DNA of 27,605 nt, taken from positions 1 through 27,605 of the forward strand of contig DASQRT010000324.1 in NCBI GenBank assembly GCA_035642795.1, written 5' to 3'. Positions 14,575-23,172 of this stretch are shown one piece after another. Both the position numbers and the translations under genes were made by a program. Below the pieces are notes generated by a model, which saw only the letters and a program-made list of their open reading frames with translations, did not search any database and was not told the DNA's origin. This DNA comes from Nitrospirales bacterium. Its GTDB lineage: Bacteria > Nitrospirota > Nitrospiria > Nitrospirales > NS-4. Within the stretch, counting starts at the first letter, position 1. Every line of letters begins with the position of its first letter.

Positions 14575-15585
14575 CTACAGCTTTCCTTCGCCTTTGAGGT
14601 ACTTGCGGAAGCGGTCCATCAGTTCCGCGCCGAGCGTCCCGCCTTCGGGCTTCTTCGTATGGGGGTCCTTGAAGTGCTGGCGGATCTCCTCTAGACGCTT
14701 CACGGCCTGGGGGTTGCCCTGAAGGCGCTTCGTCTTCTCGAGGGCCATGTCGAAGGCGTCGAAGGTCAGCTCGTCGTAGCCGAACGACCGGATGCGCTTG
14801 ACGGCTTTCATCATCGCCTCGTTGCGGAACACCGTCAGGTGCTCCGAGTCGATCTCCTTGAGGCCCAGCTTGCGTGCGCGGCGCTCGGCGGCCTTGCGGA
14901 TGCCGCTGCGGACGAAGTCGGGCGCGGTGAGCAAGCGCTTCCAAGCTTCGTCGCTCCACGCGACGGGCGAGAGCGGCGCGTCCCAGATGGCGGTCAGGGC
15001 CGCCTCGTCGATGGCGGTCAGGTCCAACTCGCGCGCTCGTTCTTCCGTGTCCCGCTTAACCATGTCCGCCACAAAGTCCATGGCGATGGCGGGCGATTGC
15101 GCGATCTTCTGCTGGAGCCGGGCCTGCGCGGCCTCGGTCCAGGGCAGGGGCGGCGCCTCCTGCAGTTTTTCATCGCCCAGCGCTTCCACTTTCTGGAAGA
15201 GCTCGACGTTGACTTCCATGTGGCCGCGCTCGCTCGCGACGTCCTCGGCGATCTGCTGAATCATGTGTCGCATGAACTCGGGCACGGTCTCCAGCCGAGC
15301 CTTGGCTTCGGCGGTCCAGGGCATCCGTCCGGCGGCCATGTCGCTCGCGGCCGCGTGCATGCCGGCCTCGCCGCCCATGCGACCCATCATCTGCTGTTTG
15401 AATTCGGTGAGAATGTCTTCGGTAATCTCGCGGTACCCAAGCTCGCGAGCCTTCTTTTCCGCCAGGCGCTTGACCATGCCACGAAGGAACACAGGGGCCC
15501 GCTCCATGCGCTTGAGCGCGCCGTCGGTCCACACGATCTCGGAGGCCCCCTTCGCCTCGTGGGTCTTGGTCTCTGGTTCCGCCAC
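14575..15585 (-). CDS. Protein of four tandem PCP_red-like (BchB/ChlB C-terminal domain) repeats
   Basis: Four W[TS]xxAxxR...P.F.R.......E..A...G...I units starting at aa 19, 90, 149 and 210. Confidence 0.85.
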   Translation of the reverse strand: MAEPETKTHEAKGASEIVWTDGALKRMERAPVFLRGMVKRLAEKKARELGYREITEDILTEFKQQMMGRMGGEAGMHAAASDMAAGRMPWTAEAKARLETVPEFMRHMIQQIAEDVASERGHMEVNVELFQKVEALGDEKLQEAPPLPWTEAAQARLQQKIAQSPAIAMDFVADMVKRDTEERARELDLTAIDEAALTAIWDAPLSPVAWSDEAWKRLLTAPDFVRSGIRKAAERRARKLGLKEIDSEHLTVFRNEAMMKAVKRIRSFGYDELTFDAFDMALEKTKRLQGNPQAVKRLEEIRQHFKDPHTKKPEGGTLGAELMDRFRKYLKGEGKL

Positions 15586-15594
15586 CTGGAGGCC

Positions 15595-15873
15595 CTATTT
15601 GTTGACGATTTCCTTGAGTTCCTTGCCGGCCTTGAAGAAGGGTACGCGCTTGGCCGGCACGGCGACCGTCGCGCCGGTTTTCGGGTTGCGCCCTTCCTTC
15701 ATGCGGCGGTTGCGCAGACGAAAGCTGCCGAAGCCGCGTATCTCGATCTTATCCCCTTTGGCCAGGGCCGTGCGGATGCCGTTGAAGATCGTGTTGACCA
15801 CGACTTCAGCCTGCCGTTTGGTCAGCGTCGGGACCTGCTCGGACAACTTCTCGATGAGCTGCACTTTCGTCAT
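15595..15873 (-). CDS. ihfB: Integration host factor beta / HU-family DNA-binding protein
   Basis: IEIRGFGSF, GRNPKTG, VPFFKAGKELKE; canonical position after rpsA; SD GGAGG. Confidence 0.93.
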   Translation of the reverse strand: MTKVQLIEKLSEQVPTLTKRQAEVVVNTIFNGIRTALAKGDKIEIRGFGSFRLRNRRMKEGRNPKTGATVAVPAKRVPFFKAGKELKEIVNK

Positions 15874-15884
15874 GGGTGTGCCTC

Positions 15885-16763
15885 CTAGAGCGCCAGCAGA
15901 TACTTTATGTTGATGTGTGATGGTGTGAGCGGGGATCCCCTCCCAAGAAACGAGTTCTCGAGGAGGTCGCGGAGCGAGAACCGCTTCCGAGGCTCGACCA
16001 CGCGCGGCTCTCCCGCAATCCCGACCAGGCGCGCCGCCAGTTTGATCGCGTCCTGGAGATCACCCAACTCGTCCACGAGCTTGGCCGTGCGGGCCTGCCG
16101 CCCCGTGAAGATCCGTCCGTCGGCCAGAGGGCGGACCTGCTCCACCTTTAGGGCTCGCCCTGTGGCCACGGCCTGGATGAACTGGTCGTGCACGTCGTCC
16201 AGGACGCTCTGGAGGAGCGCCCTGTCCTCTTCGGACATGGCCCGGAACGGGGAGGCCAGGTCCTTGTAGCGCCCGCTCTTGATGACGACGCTCTGCACGC
16301 CGACTTTCTCCAGCAGGCCCTGCACGTTGGCCAGTTCCATGATCACGCCGATGCTGCCCGTCAGCGTGCCCGGGTTGGCGACTATCTTGTCGGTCGCCGC
16401 GGCGATGTAGTACCCGCCTGACGCGGCAAGGTTGCCCATCGAGGAGACCACTTTAAGCCGCCCCTCAGTGCGCGCTTTCAGCACCTCCTTGTGGATCTCC
16501 TGGGAGGGCACGACGCCCCCGCCGGGACTGTCGATGCGCAGCACCACGGCCTTGACGCTGGGGTTGTCCCGGAACCGGCGCAATTCCTCGATGGTCTCCC
16601 GGGAATCAGTGATCACGCCTTCGATGCGGATGACCGCGATTTTCTCGCCTCCGAGCCAGCCGCTGTCCAGCGCCAGCGAGGTGAGCAGGGAAACGCCGAT
16701 GACGGCGAGGACCAGGAGGCCCAGCAGAGCCAGCGCGGTCCGGACTGTCCGCTTCTTCTCCAT
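15885..16763 (-). CDS. sppA: Signal peptide peptidase SppA, short type (S49)
   Basis: LRIDSPGG, SMGNLAASGGYY, TLTGSIGV, IKSGRYKD, DGRIFTG. Confidence 0.95.
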   Translation of the reverse strand: MEKKRTVRTALALLGLLVLAVIGVSLLTSLALDSGWLGGEKIAVIRIEGVITDSRETIEELRRFRDNPSVKAVVLRIDSPGGGVVPSQEIHKEVLKARTEGRLKVVSSMGNLAASGGYYIAAATDKIVANPGTLTGSIGVIMELANVQGLLEKVGVQSVVIKSGRYKDLASPFRAMSEEDRALLQSVLDDVHDQFIQAVATGRALKVEQVRPLADGRIFTGRQARTAKLVDELGDLQDAIKLAARLVGIAGEPRVVEPRKRFSLRDLLENSFLGRGSPLTPSHINIKYLLAL

Positions 16764-16774
16764 AGGGTAGAACG

Positions 16775-18505
16775 CTACTGACCGTTCTCCTCCTCACCCG
16801 CGTGACGCTTGTTCTTCCGGGCGGTGCGGCCCAGGGACTGGTCTACTTTGCCCTGGTTGGCGTGAAAGTCGTGCACCTGCTGGCGCTCGCTGTCGCGGTG
16901 GTGCTCCCTCAGGCTCAATGCGATCTTACGCTCCTCGCAGTCCACTTTGATGATCTTGGTTTCGAGCTCTTCGCCGATCCTGAACCGGTCCTCCAACCGG
17001 CTGGAGGCGTCCAGTCCCGTCTCGCTGATGTGGATGAGTCCTTCCACGCTGCCGTCCAGCTCCACGAAGATGCCGAAGTCGGTCAGCTTCGTCACCTTGC
17101 CGCGCGTGGGGTTGCCGACCTGGAGCTTCTCGGGGATCTCGCGCTCCCAGGGATCGGACGTGAGCTGCTTGTACCCCAACGACAGGCGCTCCTTTTCCTT
17201 ATCGATCTTGAGGACCACGGCTTCCACCTTCTGGCCCTTCTTGAAGATCTCGGAGGGATGCTTCACGTGTTTGGTCCAGGACATGTCGGAGATGTGGATC
17301 AAGCCGTCCACGCCTTCATCCAGCCCGACGAACGCGCCGAAATCCGTGAGGCTCTTGACCTTGCCCTCGATCTTGGTACCGATCGGGTACTTCGTCTCCA
17401 CAAGGTCCCAGGGATTCGGCGCCACCTGCTTCATCCCGAGGGAGATCTTGCGGGCGGCTTCGTCCACATTGAACACCTGCGCTTCCACTTGCGCGCTGAC
17501 GGAGACGATCTTGGATGGGTGCCGGACTTCGTGTGACCAGCTCATCTCGGAGACGTGGATGAGGCCCTCCACACCTGGTTCCAGCTCGATGAAGGCGCCG
17601 TAATCGGTCAAGCTGACGACCCGGCCCTTGATCCGGGTGCCGACCGGATACTTGGCGGCGACGCCCATCCAGGGATCGGCGCTCTTCTGCTTCAGGCCAA
17701 GCGAGACGCGGCCGGTATCGCGGTCATGCTTGAGGATCATCACCTCGACGCGGTCGCCGACCATGTAGATCTCCGACGGATGGCCGATGCGGCCCCACGA
17801 CATATCGGTAATGTGGAGGAGCCCGTCGATCCCACCGAGGTCCACGAAGGCGCCGTAATCCGTGATGTTCTTGATGGTGCCATTCACGAGCTGGCCTTCG
17901 GTGAGGTTCGCCAGGGTCCGCTGCCGGCGCTGATCGCGTGACTCCTCGAGCAGGAGCCGGCGGGACACGACCACGTTGCCGCGCCGCTGGTTGATCTTGA
18001 TGATCTTCATGGGGAAGGTCTTGCCGATGAGCTGTTCGGGGTCCCGCACCGGATGCAGGTCGATCTGGGAGCCTGGCAGGAAGGCTTTCACGCCGATGTC
18101 TACCATCATCCCGCCCTTGATGCGGTTGATGATCCGGCCTTCGACGATGGCCTCCTCCTTGTAAATCCGCTCCAGATCTTCCCAGACCTTCATCTTGTCC
18201 GCTTTCTCCTTGGACAGGATGAGGTTGCCTTCGCTGTCCTCGCGTTCTTCGATGTAGACCGGAATCCGGGTGCTAGGCGTGAGGGCGGCCAGCTCTTGGG
18301 GCGTGAATTCCTCGGCGGAAATGATCCCCTCGGATTTATAGCCGATGTCCACGATCACCGCGTCCTTCTTGACCGCCACGACGGTGCCTTCGATGACCGA
18401 TCCTTCCTCGAAGTTTTGGAAGGTCTGTTCGTACATCGAGGCCATCGCGGCCTTCTCCGGTGATCCCGTTTTCAACTGTTCAAGCGTTTCCATTCGCCGT
18501 ATCAC
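16775..18505 (-). CDS. rpsA: 30S ribosomal protein S1
   Basis: Six S1 repeats (e.g. ITDYGAFVDLGGIDGLLHITDMSW); start GTG 18505 or ATG 18493. Confidence 0.97.
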   Translation of the reverse strand: MIRRMETLEQLKTGSPEKAAMASMYEQTFQNFEEGSVIEGTVVAVKKDAVIVDIGYKSEGIISAEEFTPQELAALTPSTRIPVYIEEREDSEGNLILSKEKADKMKVWEDLERIYKEEAIVEGRIINRIKGGMMVDIGVKAFLPGSQIDLHPVRDPEQLIGKTFPMKIIKINQRRGNVVVSRRLLLEESRDQRRQRTLANLTEGQLVNGTIKNITDYGAFVDLGGIDGLLHITDMSWGRIGHPSEIYMVGDRVEVMILKHDRDTGRVSLGLKQKSADPWMGVAAKYPVGTRIKGRVVSLTDYGAFIELEPGVEGLIHVSEMSWSHEVRHPSKIVSVSAQVEAQVFNVDEAARKISLGMKQVAPNPWDLVETKYPIGTKIEGKVKSLTDFGAFVGLDEGVDGLIHISDMSWTKHVKHPSEIFKKGQKVEAVVLKIDKEKERLSLGYKQLTSDPWEREIPEKLQVGNPTRGKVTKLTDFGIFVELDGSVEGLIHISETGLDASSRLEDRFRIGEELETKIIKVDCEERKIALSLREHHRDSERQQVHDFHANQGKVDQSLGRTARKNKRHAGEEENGQ

Positions 18506-18547
18506 GCCTCCCCATACACGACCTGATGTAACACCCAGGGTTAAAGA

Positions 18548-19204
18548 TTAACTGCTTGCGGACCGGTCGGTGGCATAGGGGGTCTGGACCCCGCCGAGTT
18601 CCGCGATGCGGTCCATGATCTCCTGACTGATCCGCTGATACACTTCCTTCTTCTTGCTCTCGCTGTCCATCTCCTTCACCAGCGCCGAAAAATCCATTGG
18701 CGCACCGTAGGTCACCCGAATCGGTCGCAGCCGGATCCACCTAGCCCCCGGCGGGAGCGCGTCGTACGTGCCCCCCAGGTAGACGGGCACCACCGGACAG
18801 CCCGTCGCGGCCACGATGATCCCGACGCCTGGCTTGCCGGGTTGGAGCTGTCCATCCTCCGAGCGGCCTCCTTCCGGGTAAATGACTACCGCCTCACGGG
18901 CTTTCACGCGGCGGATGGCCTCCTCAAAGCCAGTGCGGTCCACGCGCTCTCTCCGGATCGGAATCCAGCCCATGTGCCGCATCACCCAGGCTGCCGGTCC
19001 GGAGAAAAGGTCCATCCGGCCCATGAACCATGCCCGCCGGGGCATCCCGCATCCCAGGATCGGGATGTCCAGGTAGCTGGCATGGTTCGCGGCGATCAGC
19101 ACCCCGCCGGTCTTTGGCACGTTGTGCGCGCCGGAGACCCGGAGCCTGAACAACACCGTCGCCAGCAGCCGGACTGCCACCCACGCCAGCCAGTAGAGCA
19201 CCAT
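18548..19204 (-). CDS. plsC: 1-acyl-sn-glycerol-3-phosphate acyltransferase
   Basis: NHASYLD (HxxxxD), IYPEGGRS; real start ATG 19204 in a TAATG overlap with cmk. Confidence 0.93.
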   Translation of the reverse strand: MVLYWLAWVAVRLLATVLFRLRVSGAHNVPKTGGVLIAANHASYLDIPILGCGMPRRAWFMGRMDLFSGPAAWVMRHMGWIPIRRERVDRTGFEEAIRRVKAREAVVIYPEGGRSEDGQLQPGKPGVGIIVAATGCPVVPVYLGGTYDALPPGARWIRLRPIRVTYGAPMDFSALVKEMDSESKKKEVYQRISQEIMDRIAELGGVQTPYATDRSASS

Positions 19205-19950
19205 TACCGGAGGGCAGCCGTCTTGCGCTCGATCATCCGCAACATGCGCTCGACGACTTCCTCGATCGTGAGCCGGCTGGTGTCGATGATCACCGCGTCC
19301 GGAGCCGCCGCCAGCGGGGCGCTCTCCCGCGTCCGATCGCGTCCGTCGCGGGCTTCCAGTTCGCGTTGCGTCTTCGCCAAGTCCGCCGCCTGCCCCGCGC
19401 CCACGAACTCTGCATGCCGTCGGCGCGCACGCTCCGCCGACGAGGCCTCCAGAAAGAACTTCACGGGCGCCTGAGGGAAGACCCGAGTCCCCATGTCCCG
19501 GCCTTCCGCGACGATGCCTCGGATGCCTGCCTGGCGTCCGAATTTCTGCTGGACCGGCAGCAACCAGGCCCGCACATCGGGCAAGGCGGCCACCTGCGAG
19601 GCCACGCTGCCAATCTCCGGCGTCCGCAACTCGTCCCCCAGGGCTTGGCCGTCGACTTCGACGACCATCCCGCCGCCGACGGTGGACGACACCTTCAACT
19701 TCGTCGTCGCACAGAGCCCGCGTATCGCATCCGAAGACGCTGGGTCGGTGCCAGTGGTCAAGGCCTTCCACGCGACGGCGCGATAGAGGGCGCCGGAATC
19801 CAGGTACGTGTAGCCGAGTCGTGCGGCGATCAGCTTGGCAACGGTACTCTTGCCAACCCCGGACGGGCCGTCAATGGCGACGATCATCGGCGGGGTTCTG
19901 TCAGCCCCTGTAGGGGGCTTTGCGTCCCACGAGCCCGGTATTGTATTCAC
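19204..19950 (-). CDS. cmk: Cytidylate kinase
   Basis: AIDGPSGVGKST, YLDSGALYRA, AEGRDMGT, RDGRDRTRESAPL; GTGA overlap with aroA. Confidence 0.96.
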   Translation of the reverse strand: MNTIPGSWDAKPPTGADRTPPMIVAIDGPSGVGKSTVAKLIAARLGYTYLDSGALYRAVAWKALTTGTDPASSDAIRGLCATTKLKVSSTVGGGMVVEVDGQALGDELRTPEIGSVASQVAALPDVRAWLLPVQQKFGRQAGIRGIVAEGRDMGTRVFPQAPVKFFLEASSAERARRRHAEFVGAGQAADLAKTQRELEARDGRDRTRESAPLAAAPDAVIIDTSRLTIEEVVERMLRMIERKTAALR

Positions 19951-21221
19951 CCTTGCCCCGAAGGTGTCAATAACCCTCTCAATTTCTTATCAAATCCGGG
20001 AAATGAGGTCGCCACGCAGGCGGTGTCCTCAACCCGCGTCTCGCCCCGCGCCACCAGCCCCGCGACCATCATGGACATGGCCACACGATGGTCCCCGTGA
20101 CTCTGGCAGATGGCTCCTTTCAAGGGGCGGCCACCCACGATGCGCAGGCCGTCGGGCCGTTCCTCAACAAAGGCGCCCAGGCACCGCAACTCCGTCGCCA
20201 TGGTGGCGATCCGGTCGCTCTCCTTCACGCGCAGTTCTTCCGCACCGCTGACGATGGTCTCACCCTGGGCGCAGGCCGCCGCCACGCAGAGGATCGGAAA
20301 CTCGTCGATCGTCTTGGGTATACGCTCGGGCCCGATCGTTACCCCGCACAGGGGCGCCGAGCGGACGCGCAGGTCCGCGACCGGCTCCCCGGCCTGCACG
20401 CGGCGATTCAGAAGCTCGATGTGCGCGCCCATCTCCTGCAGGATTTCGAGGACGCCTGTCCGTGTGAGATTGACGCCCACCCCCGTGATCGTCACGTCTG
20501 ACTCGGGGACCAGCGAGGCGGCCACGAGAAAGAAGGCGGCCGCCGAGAGGTCGCCCGCCACGACGATGTCCTTGGCTGTGAACGCACGCTGGCCGGTGAG
20601 GCTCACCGTGAGGCCGTTCCGCGTCACCGGAATGCCGAGGTAGTCGAACAAGCGCTCCGTGTGGTCGCGCGACAGGGCCGGCTCGGTCACGCTCGTGGTC
20701 CCCTCGGCGAAGAGGCCGGCCAGCAGGACGGACGACTTCACCTGCGCGCTGGCGATCGGAGAGCTGTAGGCAATGCCCCGCAGGCGCGCACCGGCGAGGG
20801 CGAGCGGCGCGAGTTCCCCGCCGCGGCGGCCGGCGATCACCGCGCCCATCTCGCGGAGCGGCCCGACGACGCGGCCCATGGGTCGCCGCCTGATCGAAGC
20901 GTCGCCTGTCAAGACGGAGAAGAAGTCCTGTCCGGCCAGCACGCCGGCGAGCAGACGGATGCCCGTGCCGGAGTTCCCGCAGTCTACGATCGAATCCGGT
21001 TCACGCAGCCCCCACAGGCCTTTGCCAGCCACCCGCAGGCGATCGGGCGCGATCTCGATGGGCACGCCCATCGCTTGGAACGCCGCCGCCGTGTGCAGGC
21101 AGTCCTCGCCGGGGCAGTAGTTGGTGATCGCGGCCTCGCCGTCCGCCAGCGCGCTGAGAATGATCGCGCGGTGGGTGATGGATTTGTCTCCCGGGACGGT
21201 GAGGGTGCCGCGCAATGGCAT
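19947..21221 (-). CDS. aroA: 3-phosphoshikimate 1-carboxyvinyltransferase (EPSP synthase, class II)
   Basis: PGDKSITHR, GNSGTGIRL, RRPMGRV, SAQVKS, LRVKESDR, DHRVAM; start ATG 21221 in a TGATG overlap. Confidence 0.97.
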   Translation of the reverse strand: MPLRGTLTVPGDKSITHRAIILSALADGEAAITNYCPGEDCLHTAAAFQAMGVPIEIAPDRLRVAGKGLWGLREPDSIVDCGNSGTGIRLLAGVLAGQDFFSVLTGDASIRRRPMGRVVGPLREMGAVIAGRRGGELAPLALAGARLRGIAYSSPIASAQVKSSVLLAGLFAEGTTSVTEPALSRDHTERLFDYLGIPVTRNGLTVSLTGQRAFTAKDIVVAGDLSAAAFFLVAASLVPESDVTITGVGVNLTRTGVLEILQEMGAHIELLNRRVQAGEPVADLRVRSAPLCGVTIGPERIPKTIDEFPILCVAAACAQGETIVSGAEELRVKESDRIATMATELRCLGAFVEERPDGLRIVGGRPLKGAICQSHGDHRVAMSMMVAGLVARGETRVEDTACVATSFPGFDKKLRGLLTPSGQG

Positions 21222-22138
21222 CAGGTGATCTTCTCCCGCAGTTGCTTCGCCAGTGTGAACTCCCGGGTGAGCCCCTCGGCATCGCCGGCTTTGAGCAGCG
21301 CCTTGATGTGATTGAGGCGGGCCTCGTACAGCTCGATCTGGCGTAAAAGATTGTCTCGGTTCCACAGACAGATGTCCCGCCACATCTCGGGCGACGAGGC
21401 CGCGATGCGGGTGGTGTCCTTGTACCCACTGCCGGCGAACGCTTGGAGGTCGAGGCCGGGCACATACCGTTCCTGGAGTATAGCGATGGTGTTCACGAGC
21501 GCGAAGGCCAGCACGTGCGGCAAGTGGCTGACGGCGCCCAGGACTAGGTCGTGCAGAATGGGATCCATCTCACGTACCCGCGCGCCGCAGGCTTCCCAGA
21601 GGTGGCGCACCTTCGCCAGGGCGTCTGGGTCCGTCTGCGAGGTCGGCGTCAGGATACAGAGAGCGTCGCGGAACAAGTCGGGGCTCGCCGCCTCCACTCC
21701 GGTCTTCTCCTTGCCGGCGATGGGGTGCGCGCCGACGACCCGGATGCCGGCCGGCACGAGCGCCTCCATGCGCTCGACCAGCGGGCCTTTGACGCTCCCC
21801 ACGTCCGTCACGATGGCGCCAGGAGCGAGCCGCGTGGCGCACGCGCGGAGCGCGGCTTCGTAGGTGTCCACCGGCGTGGCGAGCACGAACAGATCGGATC
21901 CCGCCGCCGTTTCCGCCAGGTCCGTGACGTAGCGGTCAATGGCCTTCCGCTCGACGGCCCTCTTGAGGTTCTCGACCCGTCGGCCGGCGCCAACGATGGT
22001 TTTGACGAGCCCCTGCTGCTTGCAGATCATCCCGAGCGAGCCCCCGATGAGGCCCACGCCGACGATGGTCATCTGCTGGAACAACGGGAGAGGCCGCGTC
22101 TGAGCACGACTGGGGTGGGTGGGTGCGACGGGTGCCAT
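21221..22138 (-). CDS. tyrA: Prephenate/arogenate dehydrogenase (TyrA family)
   Basis: GVGLIGGS, TDVGSVK, GAHPIAG, HDLVLGAVSHLPH, DTTRIAAS. Confidence 0.95.
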   Translation of the reverse strand: MAPVAPTHPSRAQTRPLPLFQQMTIVGVGLIGGSLGMICKQQGLVKTIVGAGRRVENLKRAVERKAIDRYVTDLAETAAGSDLFVLATPVDTYEAALRACATRLAPGAIVTDVGSVKGPLVERMEALVPAGIRVVGAHPIAGKEKTGVEAASPDLFRDALCILTPTSQTDPDALAKVRHLWEACGARVREMDPILHDLVLGAVSHLPHVLAFALVNTIAILQERYVPGLDLQAFAGSGYKDTTRIAASSPEMWRDICLWNRDNLLRQIELYEARLNHIKALLKAGDAEGLTREFTLAKQLREKIT

Positions 22139-23151
22139 TAGATCTCGCGGTCCACCGCTTCCGCGATCTTCTTGAGGTCCTTCATCAGCTCTTTGAACTT
22201 GGCGGGCTTGAGCGACTCCTCGCCGTCACAGAGGGCGCATTCCGGGTTGGAGTGCACTTCGATCAGCAGGCCGTCCGCGCCGGCCGCGATGGCGGCCTTG
22301 GCCATGGGCGCCACCAATTCCCACTTGCCGGTGGCGTGGCTGGGATCCACGATGATCGGCAGGTGCGAGAGGGCTTTCAGCGCGGGGACGGCCGAGAGGT
22401 CCAGCGTGTTGCGGTACTGGGCCTCGAAGGTGCGGATGCCGCGTTCGCAGAGCATCACGTTCTTGTTGCCGCGCGACATGATGTATTCGGCGGAGAGCAG
22501 CCACTCCTTGATGGTCGCCGAGAGGCCGCGCTTGAGGAGCACCGGCTTGTCGTAGGCGCCGACCTCCTTCAGGAGCTCGAAGTTCTGCATGTTGCGGGCG
22601 CCAATCTGGATGATGTCCGTCTTCTCGAGGAAGTACTCGATGTCGCGCGGGTCCAGGATCTCGCTGACGACCGGCAGGCCCGTCTGCCGCTTGGCTTCGG
22701 CCAGGAAATCCAGCCCCTCGTTGCCAAGCCCCTGGAAACTGTATGGCGAGGTGCGGGGCTTGTAGGCGCCCCCGCGCAAAATGCTGGCCCCGGCGGCCTT
22801 CACTTCCTGGGCGATCCCGAGCGTCAGTTCCTTCTTCTCCACAGCGCAGGGTCCGGCCATGATCGCCAGCTTCCTGCTGCCGACCTTCACGCCACTCACG
22901 TCGATGATCGTGTCGTCTTTCTTGAACTCGCGCCCCGCCAGCTTCCAGGGCGCCAGAATCGGGACCACCTCTTCGACGCCGGGGATGGCCCGAAGCGGGT
23001 GGTTGGCGAGCAGCCGGTCGTCGCCGATCACGCCGATGATGGTCCGCTCCTGTCCCTTCGAGAGGTGGGGGCTGAGGCCGAGCTCCCGCACGCGGTCCAT
23101 CACATGCTCGATCTCTTTTTCAGTGGCGTCGGGTTTCAGCACGATAATCAT
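22138..23151 (-). CDS. aroF: DAHP synthase, type I-beta with N-terminal regulatory domain
   Basis: MAGPCAVE, RGGAYKPRTSPYSFQG, IGARNMQNF, KRG, CERGIRTF, DPSHATG, EVH. Confidence 0.96.
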   Translation of the reverse strand: MIIVLKPDATEKEIEHVMDRVRELGLSPHLSKGQERTIIGVIGDDRLLANHPLRAIPGVEEVVPILAPWKLAGREFKKDDTIIDVSGVKVGSRKLAIMAGPCAVEKKELTLGIAQEVKAAGASILRGGAYKPRTSPYSFQGLGNEGLDFLAEAKRQTGLPVVSEILDPRDIEYFLEKTDIIQIGARNMQNFELLKEVGAYDKPVLLKRGLSATIKEWLLSAEYIMSRGNKNVMLCERGIRTFEAQYRNTLDLSAVPALKALSHLPIIVDPSHATGKWELVAPMAKAAIAAGADGLLIEVHSNPECALCDGEESLKPAKFKELMKDLKKIAEAVDREI

Positions 23152-23169
23152 AAGGAAAGGCGCTCCTTA
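23152..23169 (-). promoter_or_regulatory. Hairpin that could mask the aroF Shine-Dalgarno
   Basis: mRNA UAAGGAG-CGCCU-UUCCUU-AUG. Confidence 0.4.
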
Positions 23170-23172
23170 ATC

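Noticed and set aside
14575-15585. Evidence of photosynthesis or a true protochlorophyllide reductase
   Set aside because: Only the small C-terminal-type domain is present, with no nitrogenase-like catalytic domain, no Cys ligands and no bch/chl genes in the window.
18506-18547. S1 autoregulatory leader upstream of rpsA (small CCTG...CAGG stem)
   Set aside because: One weak hairpin with no recognisable match to the multi-hairpin rpsA leaders I know; would need covariation evidence.
19205-19771. 407-aa ORF suggesting an extended or fused PlsC
   Set aside because: The extension is an alternate frame within cmk; PlsC starts at ATG 19204 in a TAATG overlap.
21222-21383. N-terminal extension of AroA in the ORF track
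   Set aside because: It overlaps tyrA in another frame; homology starts at MPLRGTLTVPGDKS (21221).
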